Notes: a model not told the origin generated them from the letters alone. DNA of 64,000 nt from Octopus sinensis (GCF_006345805.1 NC_043000.1:33356001-33420000), one strand, 5' to 3'. Positions 23,583 through 34,787 are shown, numbered from the stretch's first letter. Numbers and translations: made by a program.

Positions 23583-24001
23583 ACTACAGGTAAGAACTTC
23601 TAAAATGACAGATTGTTTTAAACAATTTCTTTTGTTTTTATCCATGTATTAAAGTTGTGTGAAGGAGAGATCTGTGACTACACTTTCTCTCACACTTTAC
23701 TAATGGTCTCTCTCTTTTTCTCTCTTCTCCTCTCTCTCTATCTCTCCTTCTCTCTCATTACATTTTCTGGTGGGGTTTTTAAGCATTTTAAATAAGTTCT
23801 TTAATTACAGCTGGAATTGGCAGCCCACCCTTCCTCCGCTGCCATAGCTTTCTTAAAGCGTCTTAGAAGTAGGAGGAGATAATATGAGATTGGAGCAGTT
23901 AACGACTTCATCGTTCCGAGGAGGGTAAAATAAAATACCAGTCATATACTTGGGTCAATATAACCAGATATTCGCAACCCCTCATAACTTCGACCCTTGT
24001 G

Positions 24002-24210
24002 GGATCTTTTCGCTTTGACCGGCAGATTTTTAAAATAATTTCTTTGTAACTAAACACTTTTAAACTTCGTATACTGGTAGAATGTGTTTGCAAAACATCT
24101 TTTTCTCTGGGCTTTCTTGAGAAAATTCGGTAGTTTGTAAGCTATTTGTTGTTTAATTTCTAGCATTTCGGCAATTTCAACCAATCAATGACGTCTATTG
24201 AGGTGAATTC
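24002..24210. mobile_element. Truncated copy of the MITE at 41024-41316 (left TIR and interior only)
   Basis: GGATCTTTTCGCTTTGACCGGCAGATTTTTAAAATAATTTCTTTGTAACTAAACAC... matches; no right TIR seen. Confidence 0.8.
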
Positions 24211-24635
24211 AATATCTCCGGATCGTTGTCAATAACAATAATTTGCGGTGTCATACGAAATTGTCCTTGTTATTTATGACATATTTCATATCAGTTACGT
24301 TCGTATGATTAAAAGATTATCGTTATTAAACTTTTATTAAGTAAGAAGTCACTGTTACCAACATAATCCTATGTCGATGTAATCCGTTGTGTCCCCCCGC
24401 TCCACACTAAATTCCTGTGTCTCAAACCAAAATTATTTAGACATTGGAAAATGTGGCAATGATTTTGGCAAAATAATCTGTTCGTTAACAAAATTGTTCG
24501 TTACACGAATGATAGAAATACATGTAAATAGGTTAAACTGTTGTCAGCCAACCCCAGACGCCATGAAAAAGCAAGGAACGATGTTTTATTTGTCCATCGA
24601 TCAATAGCAAATCTATAAATATATATGTGTGTGTG

Positions 24636-24668
<33 letters not shown>

Positions 24669-25020
24669 GTGTGTGTGTGCGTGCGTGCGTGCGTGTGTGT
24701 GTATGTGTGTATTGGAAAATGTGTGAGATCCTTGGTACAGTTGGGTATATTTAAAAAAAAGAAAAAGAATCACTTCACTGGTAGTTCTATTTAGATTAAT
24801 TTCTTATTGTTTTATTTTTTTAATGATATAAATTATATAATTAGCTCATAAGGTGTTTAGAGTAAATTCTCCACACCCAAGTTAATTTGGGTGGGGAGAA
24901 TTAAAAAAAAAATTTTTCTTGTTAACTTCTTTGGAGAACTTTCTCGCATTCATTGTCATGTATATGTATGTATGTATGTATGTGTATTGACACATATAGA
25001 CACACATATGTGTATGTATG

Positions 25021-25072
<52 letters not shown>

Positions 25073-26430
25073 ATATATATACTCATATGTGTGTGTAGTT
25101 ACACAACACTCATAACATACCCTTTTTTGTATTTAAAAACACAGCTATTGTAACAAACACTCCAATAGAAACAAAAAAGTTCCAACATTCATTCCACGTA
25201 TATTTGTGGTTGAGATAAAAAAAAAAATAAAACTGTTAAAAGACTAACTCCAGAAATGTTTGGTAGTAATACAAAGAGATTGAGAGTTATACATGATCGG
25301 TTTTGGCAAATAAAATATAAATGAATCGAGTGGTAATATATCTCGGTCTTCACCAAATATTAATAGAGAGATTTCTAAACATTTCGATTACAGTATTATC
25401 TTATGTAAATAGAATAAATATTATAAAATCTTGGTTGTTTCAGAACGAAATACAAAGAGAGTAACTGTTATAAAATATCCGTCGTTGGAACACGAAATAC
25501 AGAGGGCGTAACAGGTCAAGAGAATTTTAAACATAAATACAAGTTACGTCAAATTGGTTTGCAAACAAATTATATACGCAGTGAATGCTAAAAATCGTGC
25601 TTATCGGAATAAAAAAATATATAAATGGACTGCGAGTTATAACACCTCAGTTTTTAAGACACCCAACATAAATGGAATGAGTATTAAAAATCGCAATTAT
25701 TGCTGAAACAAATATAAATCGTAATAATGTTATAACATCTCGGTTTTAAGGGTAATCAATATAAATAAAGAGAGTGTTAAAAATCGTGGTTATCGGGTAA
25801 CAAATATAAATGGTAAGGATTTTATAACATCTCGGTTTTTAAGGTACCCAATATAAATGGAGTGAGTATTAAAAATCGTGTTTATCGGATTGATAAATAT
25901 AATTTGGCATGAATGTTTTAGCCTCTCGGTTTTTCGAGTACCCAATGGTATTAGTGTTATAAAGTCTCTGTTTTTGTAGTATCCAATAGAAGTGAAATGA
26001 AGGTTAAAATCTTGGTTATGGAATAAGAATCATAAATGGAATGTGTGTCCTAGCATCTCGGGTTTTGGAGTACCCTTTATAAATGGAGTGACTACTGAAA
26101 ACCGTAGTTATCGGAATAGCAAACAAAAATGGGTTGCTTGCTGTAATATTTCGGTTTTTTGAGTATCCAATATAAATGGAGTGAGTGTCGAAAATCTTTA
26201 TTATCGGAAAATAAACATAAACGGCATGTGCGTTATAACATTTTGCTTTGTAGCGTACCCAATATAAATGTAAGTGCTAAAATTTGTGGATATTGTAATA
26301 ACAAACATAAATGAAATGAGTGTTATAACATCTTGGTTGTGAGATTACCTATATAAACGGTGTGAGGGCTAAAAATTGTAGTTATTGGAATAAGAAACGG
26401 AGTATTGTAATATCTTGGTATATAGAATAC

Positions 26431-26632
26431 CCATTCCAAGTTGACCATAGATATCCTCTTTTTCTTCGGTATTCAAAGAGATATTTATATCCGGCTGACC
26501 TCTATGATGGTACATACCTTTGGCCCTCGGTCCCAAACAACAATATCCGGTCTGTTACGCTTACATTTGACGGAGGTTTTGATGGGAATATTCTAACAGT
26601 GTTCCTTGAGTTGGTGTTTATGAATGTATTCC
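26431..26632 (-). mobile_element. Internal fragment of an RLE-type (R4-like) LINE
   Basis: Reverse strand encodes ...NRPDIVVWDRGPKVCTIIEVS..., homologous to 34370-34530. Confidence 0.8.
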
Positions 26633-26941
26633 ATAACAGAAGGATTTTTAAAGTTTATTTCAGTTTGTTGCTGCAGAATTTACATCCCGTTTTAATTCTA
26701 CTAAATATGAATGAACTGTGTGTCTTATATCTCGGCTTTCGCAGTAGGAAATATATATGGAATGTGTATTTTGACATGTGCTTTTTGCAGTGACACGTAT
26801 AAATTGAATGAGTGTTATAAGGTTTCTGTTTTACAAGTACCAAATATAAACGGACCGATTGCTTTAGCATTTCAATTTCCAGGGTATCATGTATAAATGC
26901 AGGGAATGTTAACCTCCACGATTTTCGTAGTATGAAATATA

Positions 26942-27117
26942 CTCTCTTTACTCTCTTTTCCTTGTTTCAGTCATTTGACTGCGGCCATGCTGGAGCACCG
27001 CCTTTAGTCGAGCAAATCGACCCCAGGACTTATTCTTTTGCCGAACCGCTAGGTTACGGGGACGTAAACACACCGCCATCGGTTGTCAAGCGATGGTGGG
27101 GGACAAACACAGACACA

Positions 27118-27155
<38 letters not shown>

Positions 27156-27373
27156 CACACACACTCACACACACACACATACACACACACACATATATAT
27201 ACATATATATATGACGGGCTTCTTTCAGTTTCCGTCTATCAAATCCACTCACAAGGCTTTGGTCGACCCGAGGTTATAGTAGAAGACACTTGCCCAAGTT
27301 GCCACGCAGTGGGAATGAACCTGGAACAATGTGGTTGGTATGCAAGCTACTTACCACGCAGCCACTCCTGCGC
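26942..27373 (-). mobile_element. SINE family C, full length, internal (CA)n
   Basis: Head GGCGCAGGAGTGGCTGCGTGGTAAG and tail TGAAACAAGGAAAAGAGTAAAGAGAGTA on the minus strand. Confidence 0.9.
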
Positions 27374-27723
27374 CTATAAATATAGTAAATGTTAAACATC
27401 TGGGTTTTACGGAATCAAGTATAAATATAGAGAGTTTTATAACAGTTTTGTTTCCGCAGAACCAACTATCAATGGAGGGAAGTTATATCATCTCAGTCTT
27501 CCGAGTATCAACAGAAAATGGATTGAGTGCTATTATAAGCCGATTCTTAAAGCTAGATATATAAACGCATCAGGTGTTATAGCGACTCGGTGACTTTTAT
27601 AACTTCTCGCTTTCCAGAGTACGAAATATAAATCGAAAGGGTTTAAAAATATTTCGGTTTTCACACTATCAAACATAAATATCGAACTTTCTATTTTCTC
27701 TCCCTGTTTATTTTCTTTGTTCC

Positions 27724-27757
27724 TTTCTGTTGAAGAGCGTAGGCTCGAAACGTAAAA
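27724..27757 (+). ncRNA. Hammerhead-like motif with non-canonical core, in a short dispersed repeat (~27690-27830)
   Basis: UUU-CUGUUGA-A-GAGC-GUAG-GCUC-GAA-ACGU-A-AAA; A6 is replaced by U. Homologues at 47389-47424(-) and 55307-55341(-). Confidence 0.4.
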
Positions 27758-27990
27758 TACTTTCTCACTTCCCGAGTGTTAAACTAATACATCTGTTTGT
27801 TGTTTACACACCCATCATTTTCTTTTTTTTTTTGTAAATTCTCAATAAATACAGATTGTTAAATATCCCAGTTTCCCTATTCCCAAATATAGATGATGTG
27901 AGTGTTTTAAAATCGTGGTTTTCGAAATACTAGACACAAACTGAGTGCATTTTATAACATCGCGGTTTTCTCAGTAATATATGTATAAAT

Positions 27991-29385
27991 CTGCCCAATT
28001 TTCAAGAAAGGGAGCCGCGAAGACCCGCTTAACTACCGACCGGTTTCCCTTACATCAATAATCAGCAAGATGTTCGAAACCATCCTTAAGAAAAGTATGA
28101 TGCTCCACCTCCTAAACACAGCCTCTATCTCTGATTCCCAACACGGCTTCGTGCCGAAGAGATCATGCTTGACCAACTTACTAGTAATGGAAGAATTGGT
28201 GACGCGCATCCTCGATGATAGTGATGCTGTTGACATCGTTTTATTGGACTTTGCCAAAGCTTTTGACTCGGTAAACCACCGCCTATTACTTGTCAAGCTT
28301 CAAGCATATAGTTTCCATCCGGATATTGTACGATGGGTTGGTGCCTTCCTCTTAGATCGCTCCTTCCAAGTCCAAGTTAATGGTTCGCGGTCCGACGTCT
28401 CCAGTGCGAGCAGTGGCGTGCCTCAAGGTTCAGTGCTTGGGCCCTTGTTGTTCTTAGTCTTCATAAATGACTTGCCCGACGACCTCACGCAACACACCCT
28501 TCTATTTGCCGACGATATCAAACTGGTCGCTCCTCGCGGTAATATAGAGGATCTTCGTCGATGCCTCCACCAAATTTGGAAGTGGTCTAACGATTGGGAC
28601 CTGTGTCTGAACGTGTCAAAGTGCTGTCATCTGCCTGTCGGCTCTACTCCTGCAACTCAACTTGATTTCGAGCCGGGTCGTCTGCTGCTGGAGAGGACCG
28701 ATCAGGTAAAGGACCTGGGTATCTTGGTGGATTCCTCCTTTTCGCCTTCGGCCCAGTGCGTCCATGCTGCCAACAAAGCACGCGGAATTCTGTTCTTGAT
28801 TCGACGGTCATTCGGAATGATCACAGCAGCCATATTCCTACCACTCTATGTCACGCTGGTGAGACCCATATTGGAGTATGGGATTCAAGCCTCTTCTCCT
28901 TATCTCCTCAAAGACATACAGCATCTCGAAAGAGTCCAGAAGCTGGCTACCCGCATGGTTCATGGTCTCAAAAATTTGTCCTACGAAGAAAGGCTGAGGA
29001 CGCTCGACTTTTATTCTCTTGAAAAACGCCGCCGCCGTGGTGATCTCATTCTCGCCCACAACATCATAAGCGGAAAGTGTAACCTCTCGAAAGAGCTGTT
29101 CTTCACTCCTGCTCCAGAGCGTCGGCTGCGGGGTCATTCCGAAAAGCTCTACCTGCGACGATTTCATCTCAATCGAAGGAGAGGAGCTTTCTCCGTCCGG
29201 GTTGCGGATCCGTGGAACAAGCTGCCAGACGAGATGGTGAAGATGCCGACGACCGCTTTGTTCAAAGCCTCCCTGGACCTCAAGTGGCCTGAACTCTTTA
29301 CATGAACACCACCCTGTACTTAACTCCATGTCCCCCTACATGGCCTTGCTATTTGCTTTTGAGCCAAAATAACTAACTAACTAAC
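27991..29385 (+). mobile_element. 5'-truncated CR1-clade LINE, young
   Basis: RT ORF open from the truncation point; short 3' UTR; (TAAC)n tail; flanking TAAAT duplication at 27986-27990 and 29386-29390. Confidence 0.92.
28070..29305 (+). CDS. Reverse transcriptase (LINE ORF2 C-terminal part; the frame is open from 27992)
   Basis: Motifs NYRPVSLTS, QHGF, LDFAKAFDSV, GVPQGSVLGPLLF, LFADD, KDLGI, RPILEY, RGH and WNKLP. Confidence 0.92.
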   Translation: MFETILKKSMMLHLLNTASISDSQHGFVPKRSCLTNLLVMEELVTRILDDSDAVDIVLLDFAKAFDSVNHRLLLVKLQAYSFHPDIVRWVGAFLLDRSFQVQVNGSRSDVSSASSGVPQGSVLGPLLFLVFINDLPDDLTQHTLLFADDIKLVAPRGNIEDLRRCLHQIWKWSNDWDLCLNVSKCCHLPVGSTPATQLDFEPGRLLLERTDQVKDLGILVDSSFSPSAQCVHAANKARGILFLIRRSFGMITAAIFLPLYVTLVRPILEYGIQASSPYLLKDIQHLERVQKLATRMVHGLKNLSYEERLRTLDFYSLEKRRRRGDLILAHNIISGKCNLSKELFFTPAPERRLRGHSEKLYLRRFHLNRRRGAFSVRVADPWNKLPDEMVKMPTTALFKASLDLKWPELFT

Positions 29386-30026
29386 TAAATGGAGCGAGTG
29401 GTATAAAATCTCATTTTTTACTGTACGAATAGTAGATGATGTGGATATCATGATGTGGTGTCACAGCACCAAATATAAATTGAGAGAATGTTATGGCATC
29501 TCGCTTTCGAAAGTGCGATGCATAAATAGAGGATCATTACATCCTGGGTTTCTCAGTACGAAATACCAATAGAGTAAACGTTTTTACATCCTGGTGTCCA
29601 GGGAACCGAACATTAATCTACTGAGTGTTGCAACATCTCGCTTTTCAATGTTCGAAAGATAAATCACGTGCGTTATACCTACTTGGCTTTACGAGTATGA
29701 AAAATATATGGAATGATTGTTACGACGTACAGCTGTCCACAGTATTCAATTTAAATGGAGTGTGTCTATTAACATCTCAGTTTTCGCAATATCAAATATA
29801 AGTGGTGTGAGTGTTATAACATCTTGTTTATCACAACACCAAAAGAATAGGGATTGTGTTTCATAACGATTGTTTTTTCACAGTAACAAATGTATAGAGA
29901 GTTATATATATATCCTCTTGCTTATCATTGGACCGAATGTGCATGTTGTGAGTGTTAGAACGACTTGTTCTTCAGTATGAAATGTTAATGGAGTGAGCTA
30001 TTATCTATTGACTTTTACACTATCAT

Positions 30027-30414
30027 GTGGAGGCGCAATGGCCCAGTGGTTAGGGCAGCTGACTCGCGGTCGGAGGATCGCGGTTTCGATTCCAAGACCG
30101 GGCATTGTGAGTTTTATTGAGCGAAAACACCTAAAAGCTCCACGAGGCTCCGGCAGGGGGTAGTGGTGAACCCTGCTGTACTCTTTCACCACAACTTTCT
30201 CTCGCTCTTTCTTCCTGTTTCTCTTGTACCTGTATTTCAAAGGGCCAGCCTTGTCACACTCTGTGTCACGCTGAATCTCCTCGAGAACTACGTTAAGGGT
30301 ACACGTGTCTGTGGAGTGCTCAGCCACTTGCACGTTAATATCACGAACAAGCTGTTCTGTTGATCGTATCAGCTGGGACCCTCATCGTCGCAACCGACGG
30401 AGTGCTAAAGAAGA
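30027..30414 (+). mobile_element. SINE family A, tail variant A2
   Basis: Family-A head with a different 3' half ending GTCGCAACCGACGGAGTGC; 10-bp TSD ACACTATCAT at 30017-30026 and 30415-30424. Confidence 0.9.
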
Positions 30415-30872
30415 ACACTATCATATTCATAGAGTGAGTGTGAGAACGCTGTGGTTATCACAGAACGAAATGTGTCTGGAGTGAGAGCTCAAACGTTCCA
30501 AATGTGTGCCGAGTGACAGTTGTGTAACCTTATTACAGTCCCACATAAGTATCGAATGCGATTTAGAACTGTTTTGTTGTCACGATATCAATTGTTGACT
30601 TTGCCTGCTTATATATCACTCTGGCGGCATCCACATCATTCTCAAAACCCCACAGACATATGAGAATGTTTGAATTCGGCTGCAAGAACACAGTTTTAGG
30701 GACAATAATTACGAACGGCTATTGTGGCCAAACCCGACTGTCTCTTGATACAAACGGTGACCGTTGTCCACAAAACATGATGTGAGAAATGTTTATACAG
30801 GACCCCATTGGGAAATAACAAGCACAGCGAACTTTGGCCAGTTGAAACATCAACAACATTCTGTTTCCACCG

Positions 30873-31080
30873 TCAAGGCGGCGAGTTGGCGGAATCGTTA
30901 GCATTCCGGACAAAATACTTAACAACATTTCGTCCGTCCTAATGTTCAGAGTTCAAATTCCGCCGAGGTCGACTTTGCCTTTCATCCTTTCGGGGCCGAT
31001 AAAATAAGTACCAGTTACTTACTGGTGTCGATGTAATCGCCTTCCCCCTCCTCCAAAATTGCTGGCCTTGTGCCAAATAT
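30873..31080 (+). mobile_element. SINE family B
   Basis: CAAGGCGGCGAGTTGGCGGAATCGTTAGC...GAGGTCGACTTTGCCTTTCATCC. Confidence 0.85.
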
Positions 31081-31164
31081 TGAAACTGATATTACTCCAT
31101 CGTTTCTGACACAAATTAAGTTAAAAAAATATGTCCCGATGAAAAAAAAAAGAAAAAACATCAG

Positions 31165-31237
31165 CATCCCTGGTGGGATTCGAACCCACGGCCTCTGGAT
31201 TAGAAGTCCAGCGCGCTATCCACTGCGCTACAGGGAC
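31165..31237 (-). tRNA. tRNA-Arg-TCT: tRNA-Arg(UCU), intronless, copy 5 (mature sequence identical to copy 1)
   Basis: Full 73-nt cloverleaf; TTTTTT about 7 nt downstream. Confidence 0.95.
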
Positions 31238-31599
31238 AACAACGTTTCGCCATTCCTAAACTAAATATACATTATTATGTAAGCGAGTGATACTTTACGT
31301 AATCAATCAAAAACTTTATTTGGTGACGGTTAACTTTTAATTGTTCTAAGTTTGTTTTGATTCCGTTTGATTGCAGACTAATTAAAAGTCCGATGGGAAG
31401 GGCATCATTGAATCTAATTAAAATTCATGTGTACAAGTGAGAAAACATAACTGTCAGTCATTCACCATCCTCTAATGGCGCAAAAAGAAATCATGATAAA
31501 AAACAAAAAAGTAAGTAAAAAAGTATAGGAATTAGATACACGATCTCTGGATTAGAAATGTGGAGCACCGAGGCTGTGCTCTAAGAACTGCACTATCTG

Positions 31600-31994
31600 G
31601 CTGCTGCTGCTGCTGCTGTTGAGCGTTTGAGCGTTGAGCGTAGCGGTCTTCGTCCAGTGGGAGAAGTCCGAAACGTGGTCCTTTGCTATTCGTAAGACCC
31701 GCAGAAGAGAAAGCAGGTCAACCCCCGACACCGAAAGCATCGACGCATGGATGAATGCGCATCCAGGCTCAGCGGTTGCGTAGGAAGTCGGGGACAAGAA
31801 ACAGGAAGAAAGAGGGAGAGAAAGTTGGAGCGAAAGAGTACAACAGAGGTCGCTCCCCCCCCGTGCCGGAGGCTCGTGGAGCTTTAGGTGTTTTCGCTCA
31901 ATAAACACACACACAACACCCGGTCTGGGAATCGAAACCGCGATCCTCCGACCGCGAATCCGCTGCCCAAACCATTGGGCCATTGCGCCTCCAC
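31600..31994 (-). mobile_element. SINE family A, tail variant A1
   Basis: Same body as 5197-5566; (CAG)n tail. Confidence 0.9.
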
Positions 31995-32149
31995 TGCTGT
32001 TGCTGTTGCAGGGTCATATATTGCTGGTTGTCTCTCATGAGATTTCAGAAGACAAATCTACAGGGAAGGACGTTTATGTTTAACAAAACAATGTAAGTGT
32101 AAGAAAATTACTATTTTAAAATCTCACGACGTGGGATATTTACTTTGGT

Positions 32150-32487
32150 GTAAAGATTGTTTGCCAACATAACTGGCAGTCCTGGTTTAGGACGAATGTT
32201 GCTGTAATTTAGCCCCAGGAGACATCGTCTCCAGCTGGCTATACGACACGATCTGTGTCCTTATATTTTCGAACAAGGGAATCTAGTACCCCCAATCAGC
32301 TTAAAATAACCCTGAAATCACAGATATTGTTTTGAGTTGAGTGGGGGTGCTAGATTTACTTGTTCGAAAATATAAGGACACAGATCGTGTCGTATAGCCA
32401 GCTGGAGAAGATGTCTCCAGGGGCTAAATTACAGCAATATTAGTCCTAAACCGGGACTGCCATGTTATGTTAGCAAACAATCTTTAC
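32150..32487. mobile_element. Foldback element / MITE with ~150-bp inverted arms
   Basis: GTAAAGATTGTTTGCCAACATAAC...CTAGTACCCCCA versus TGGGGGTGCTAG...GTTATGTTAGCAAACAATCTTTAC; no clear TSD. Confidence 0.85.
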
Positions 32488-32691
32488 TACAATGTAAGTG
32501 CTGTCAGTGAGAATTGAAACTGGAACGTTGGTTTATTGAGTACTGTGTCACAACAATGTCTCTCACTAAATAAAAACAACGAAAAAAACAAAACAAAACA
32601 AAATTTTCGGTTGTATTACTGGTATTAGTTTTAATGTTACATTCAAGAAGATAAAGTGGGAACTGAATTTAACACACATTTGTCTATAGAG

Positions 32692-32692
<1 letters not shown>

Positions 32693-32761
<69 letters not shown>

Positions 32762-32774
32762 ACAAACACACACA

Positions 32775-32856
<82 letters not shown>
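32693..32856. repeat. (AC)n microsatellite
   Basis: Seen directly in the sequence. Confidence 0.95.
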
Positions 32857-32858
<2 letters not shown>

Positions 32859-33219
32859 TATATATATATATATATATAGATAGATAGATACGTATACTTT
32901 CGCAGTCATTCTTGCCTCAGTTTCTCTCAGCCGGTCTGTGATCAGTAGTGACATGTGCTTATTTAATTAATAGTATAAACAGCAATGGCGTTAATTACAC
33001 AAGTTAATCACCACCAGCCAATTAAACTCAAGATGTAACAAGACACCATTTACAAACCTTATTCTTTCAACAATTACCGCCATATTGGTATTTAATGAAC
33101 CAGCTTTCGACAGTGGAGATTGTGTTTACTTTTATCCAAACCAACAGACATTTTAATTAGCATACACAGATACATACACACATGCACATATACACCCACA
33201 CACACATATATGATACATA

Positions 33220-33450
33220 CAAGGCGGCGAGCTGGCAGAATCGTTAGCACGACGGGCGATATGCTTTGCAGTATTTCGTTTGCCGCTACGTTCTGAGTTC
33301 AAATTCCGCCGAGGTCGACTTTGCCTTTCATCCTTTCGGAGTCGATTAAATAAGTACCAGTTACGCACTGGGGTCGATATAATCAACTTAATCCGTTTTT
33401 CTGTCCTTGTTTGTCCCTTCTGTGTTTAGCTCCTTGTGGGCAATAAAGAA
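33220..33450 (+). mobile_element. SINE family B, full length
   Basis: CAAGGCGGCGAGCTGGCAGAA...GCAATAAAGAAA. Confidence 0.9.
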
Positions 33451-33999
33451 ACATATATAATACATACATACATACATACATACATACATACATACATACA
33501 TACATACATACATACAATAAGTTGTTTGCATAGAATGAACGGAAGCACTGCGTTCATTGAAACTTGCCGTAACGCGAGTTTCCGAAACACGAGGCGTTTT
33601 TTCCTGTCGATTTATGTCTTCATTGACTTTTACGTAACATGGAAGTTAATTATTTTGAATGTCTAATATATGTCTTCGACGCTGTAATCGCTTTCGTTTC
33701 AATAAGCGATCTCGGATCAATTCATTTGCCAGACAAATACATCTGCAAAACTTCAAGTAGCTCATCTCTGACTCCTCTTTGTCATTCAACGATATTTCTC
33801 TCTCGCTGCAATTATTTATTTTTATTCATTTTTACTGATCCTCGCAACAAATTGGTGCAGATATGGCTGTGTGGTAATAACTCTTCTTCTCAACCACATG
33901 GCACCTTGGGCAAGTGTTTTCTTCTATAGCTTCGGGCCGATCAAAGTTTTTGTGAGTGGATTTGGTAGGCGGAGTCTGAAAGAAGCCAGGAAAGCACTC

Positions 34000-34787
34000 A
34001 GCATAAAAAAAGACTGTGCATGGGTATGTTGCTCGGAAGCTTGAAGGAGACAGTAGAATTGACACGAAGCGCAGCCTTTCTTGGACACATTACATCACAC
34101 TCTGAGGGCTATGCGTTTGCAATCCAGGAACAGGAGATTGCCACAAAGTACCAGGTGAACAAAAGAGACAGTGACGCTCTTGTAATCCCAAGGTGCAACC
34201 GCATGTGGAGGCTATGTCATGTTTCTGTGGAACACATCACCCATGTGATTAGCAGCTGTCTTAAAATGTCATCAAGGTACGACCTCCATTTACAGTGTCA
34301 TCCCCAGAAAAGACTGTCCCGAAGTAAACTTAGAAAATCCCTCTGTTATGGGATACGTTCATAAACCCCAGCTCAAGGAATGCTGGTGGAATATTCCCAT
34401 CAAGACTTCTGGTCAGATATTGTTGTTTGGGACAGAGGGGCAAAGGTGTGTACCATCATAGAGGTCAGCTGCCCTGTAGATATGAATATCTCTTTGAAAA
34501 TCAAAGAAAAAGAGGATATCTATGGACTTCGAAACCTCCAGCTTCTATATCCAGACTATGAATTCATATTCATACCAATAATAATTGGAGCACAAGGCTT
34601 TGTTAGTAAATGCATAAACAACAATCTGGATAAACTGGGATTTTCAGAAAGAGAAATTGATCGGCTGATTCGTACATTACAAGAGCAATCTGTGAGTGGA
34701 ACAGTAAAACTATTCAAGACTTTTCTCAAGTTCCGAATGTGAACTACACCTCAGTGGAAGATTTATAATAATTAAAAAATAGAAGCG
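34000..34787 (+). mobile_element. RLE-type (R4/Dong-like) LINE 3' part, pseudogenised, followed by (CATA)n
   Basis: EGYAFAIQEQEI, C..C....EHITHVISSC zinc knuckle, DIVVWD...IIEVSCP.D...K.KEK...Y, and PIIIGAQG in ORFs 34020-34364 and 34380-34742. Confidence 0.85.

Larger units (their letters stand above)
22471..23637. repeat. Long genomic palindrome (arms 22471-23031 and 23086-23637, 54-bp spacer), each arm carrying a tRNA gene
   Basis: Arms read as reverse complements; the inner ~370 bp appear essentially identical by eye. Confidence 0.95.
25265..30590. repeat. Degenerate satellite, ~46-bp monomer with ~92-bp dimeric higher-order repeat, interrupted by TEs
   Basis: Monomer starts at 25758, 25803, 25850, 25896 and 25944, alternating AATATAAATGG..TTATAACATCTCGGTTTT..GTACCC and AATATAAATGG..TTAAAAATCGTG.TTATCGG; outer bounds approximate. 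Confidence 0.85.

Noticed and set aside
24864-24901. 16-bp-stem hairpin (a 10-bp one also at 19281-19304)
   Set aside because: Isolated short hairpins are common in AT-rich, TE-rich DNA and are too short for a miRNA precursor.
25265-30590. Satellite considered as a CRISPR-like array
   Set aside because: Eukaryotic context, the whole unit is repeated with no unique spacers, and there are no cas genes.
31525-31560. Fragment resembling the 3' half of tRNA-Arg (minus strand TTCTAATCCAGAGATCGTG)
   Set aside because: Only about 19 nt match and the 5' half does not align; it may be a remnant, but is too short to call.
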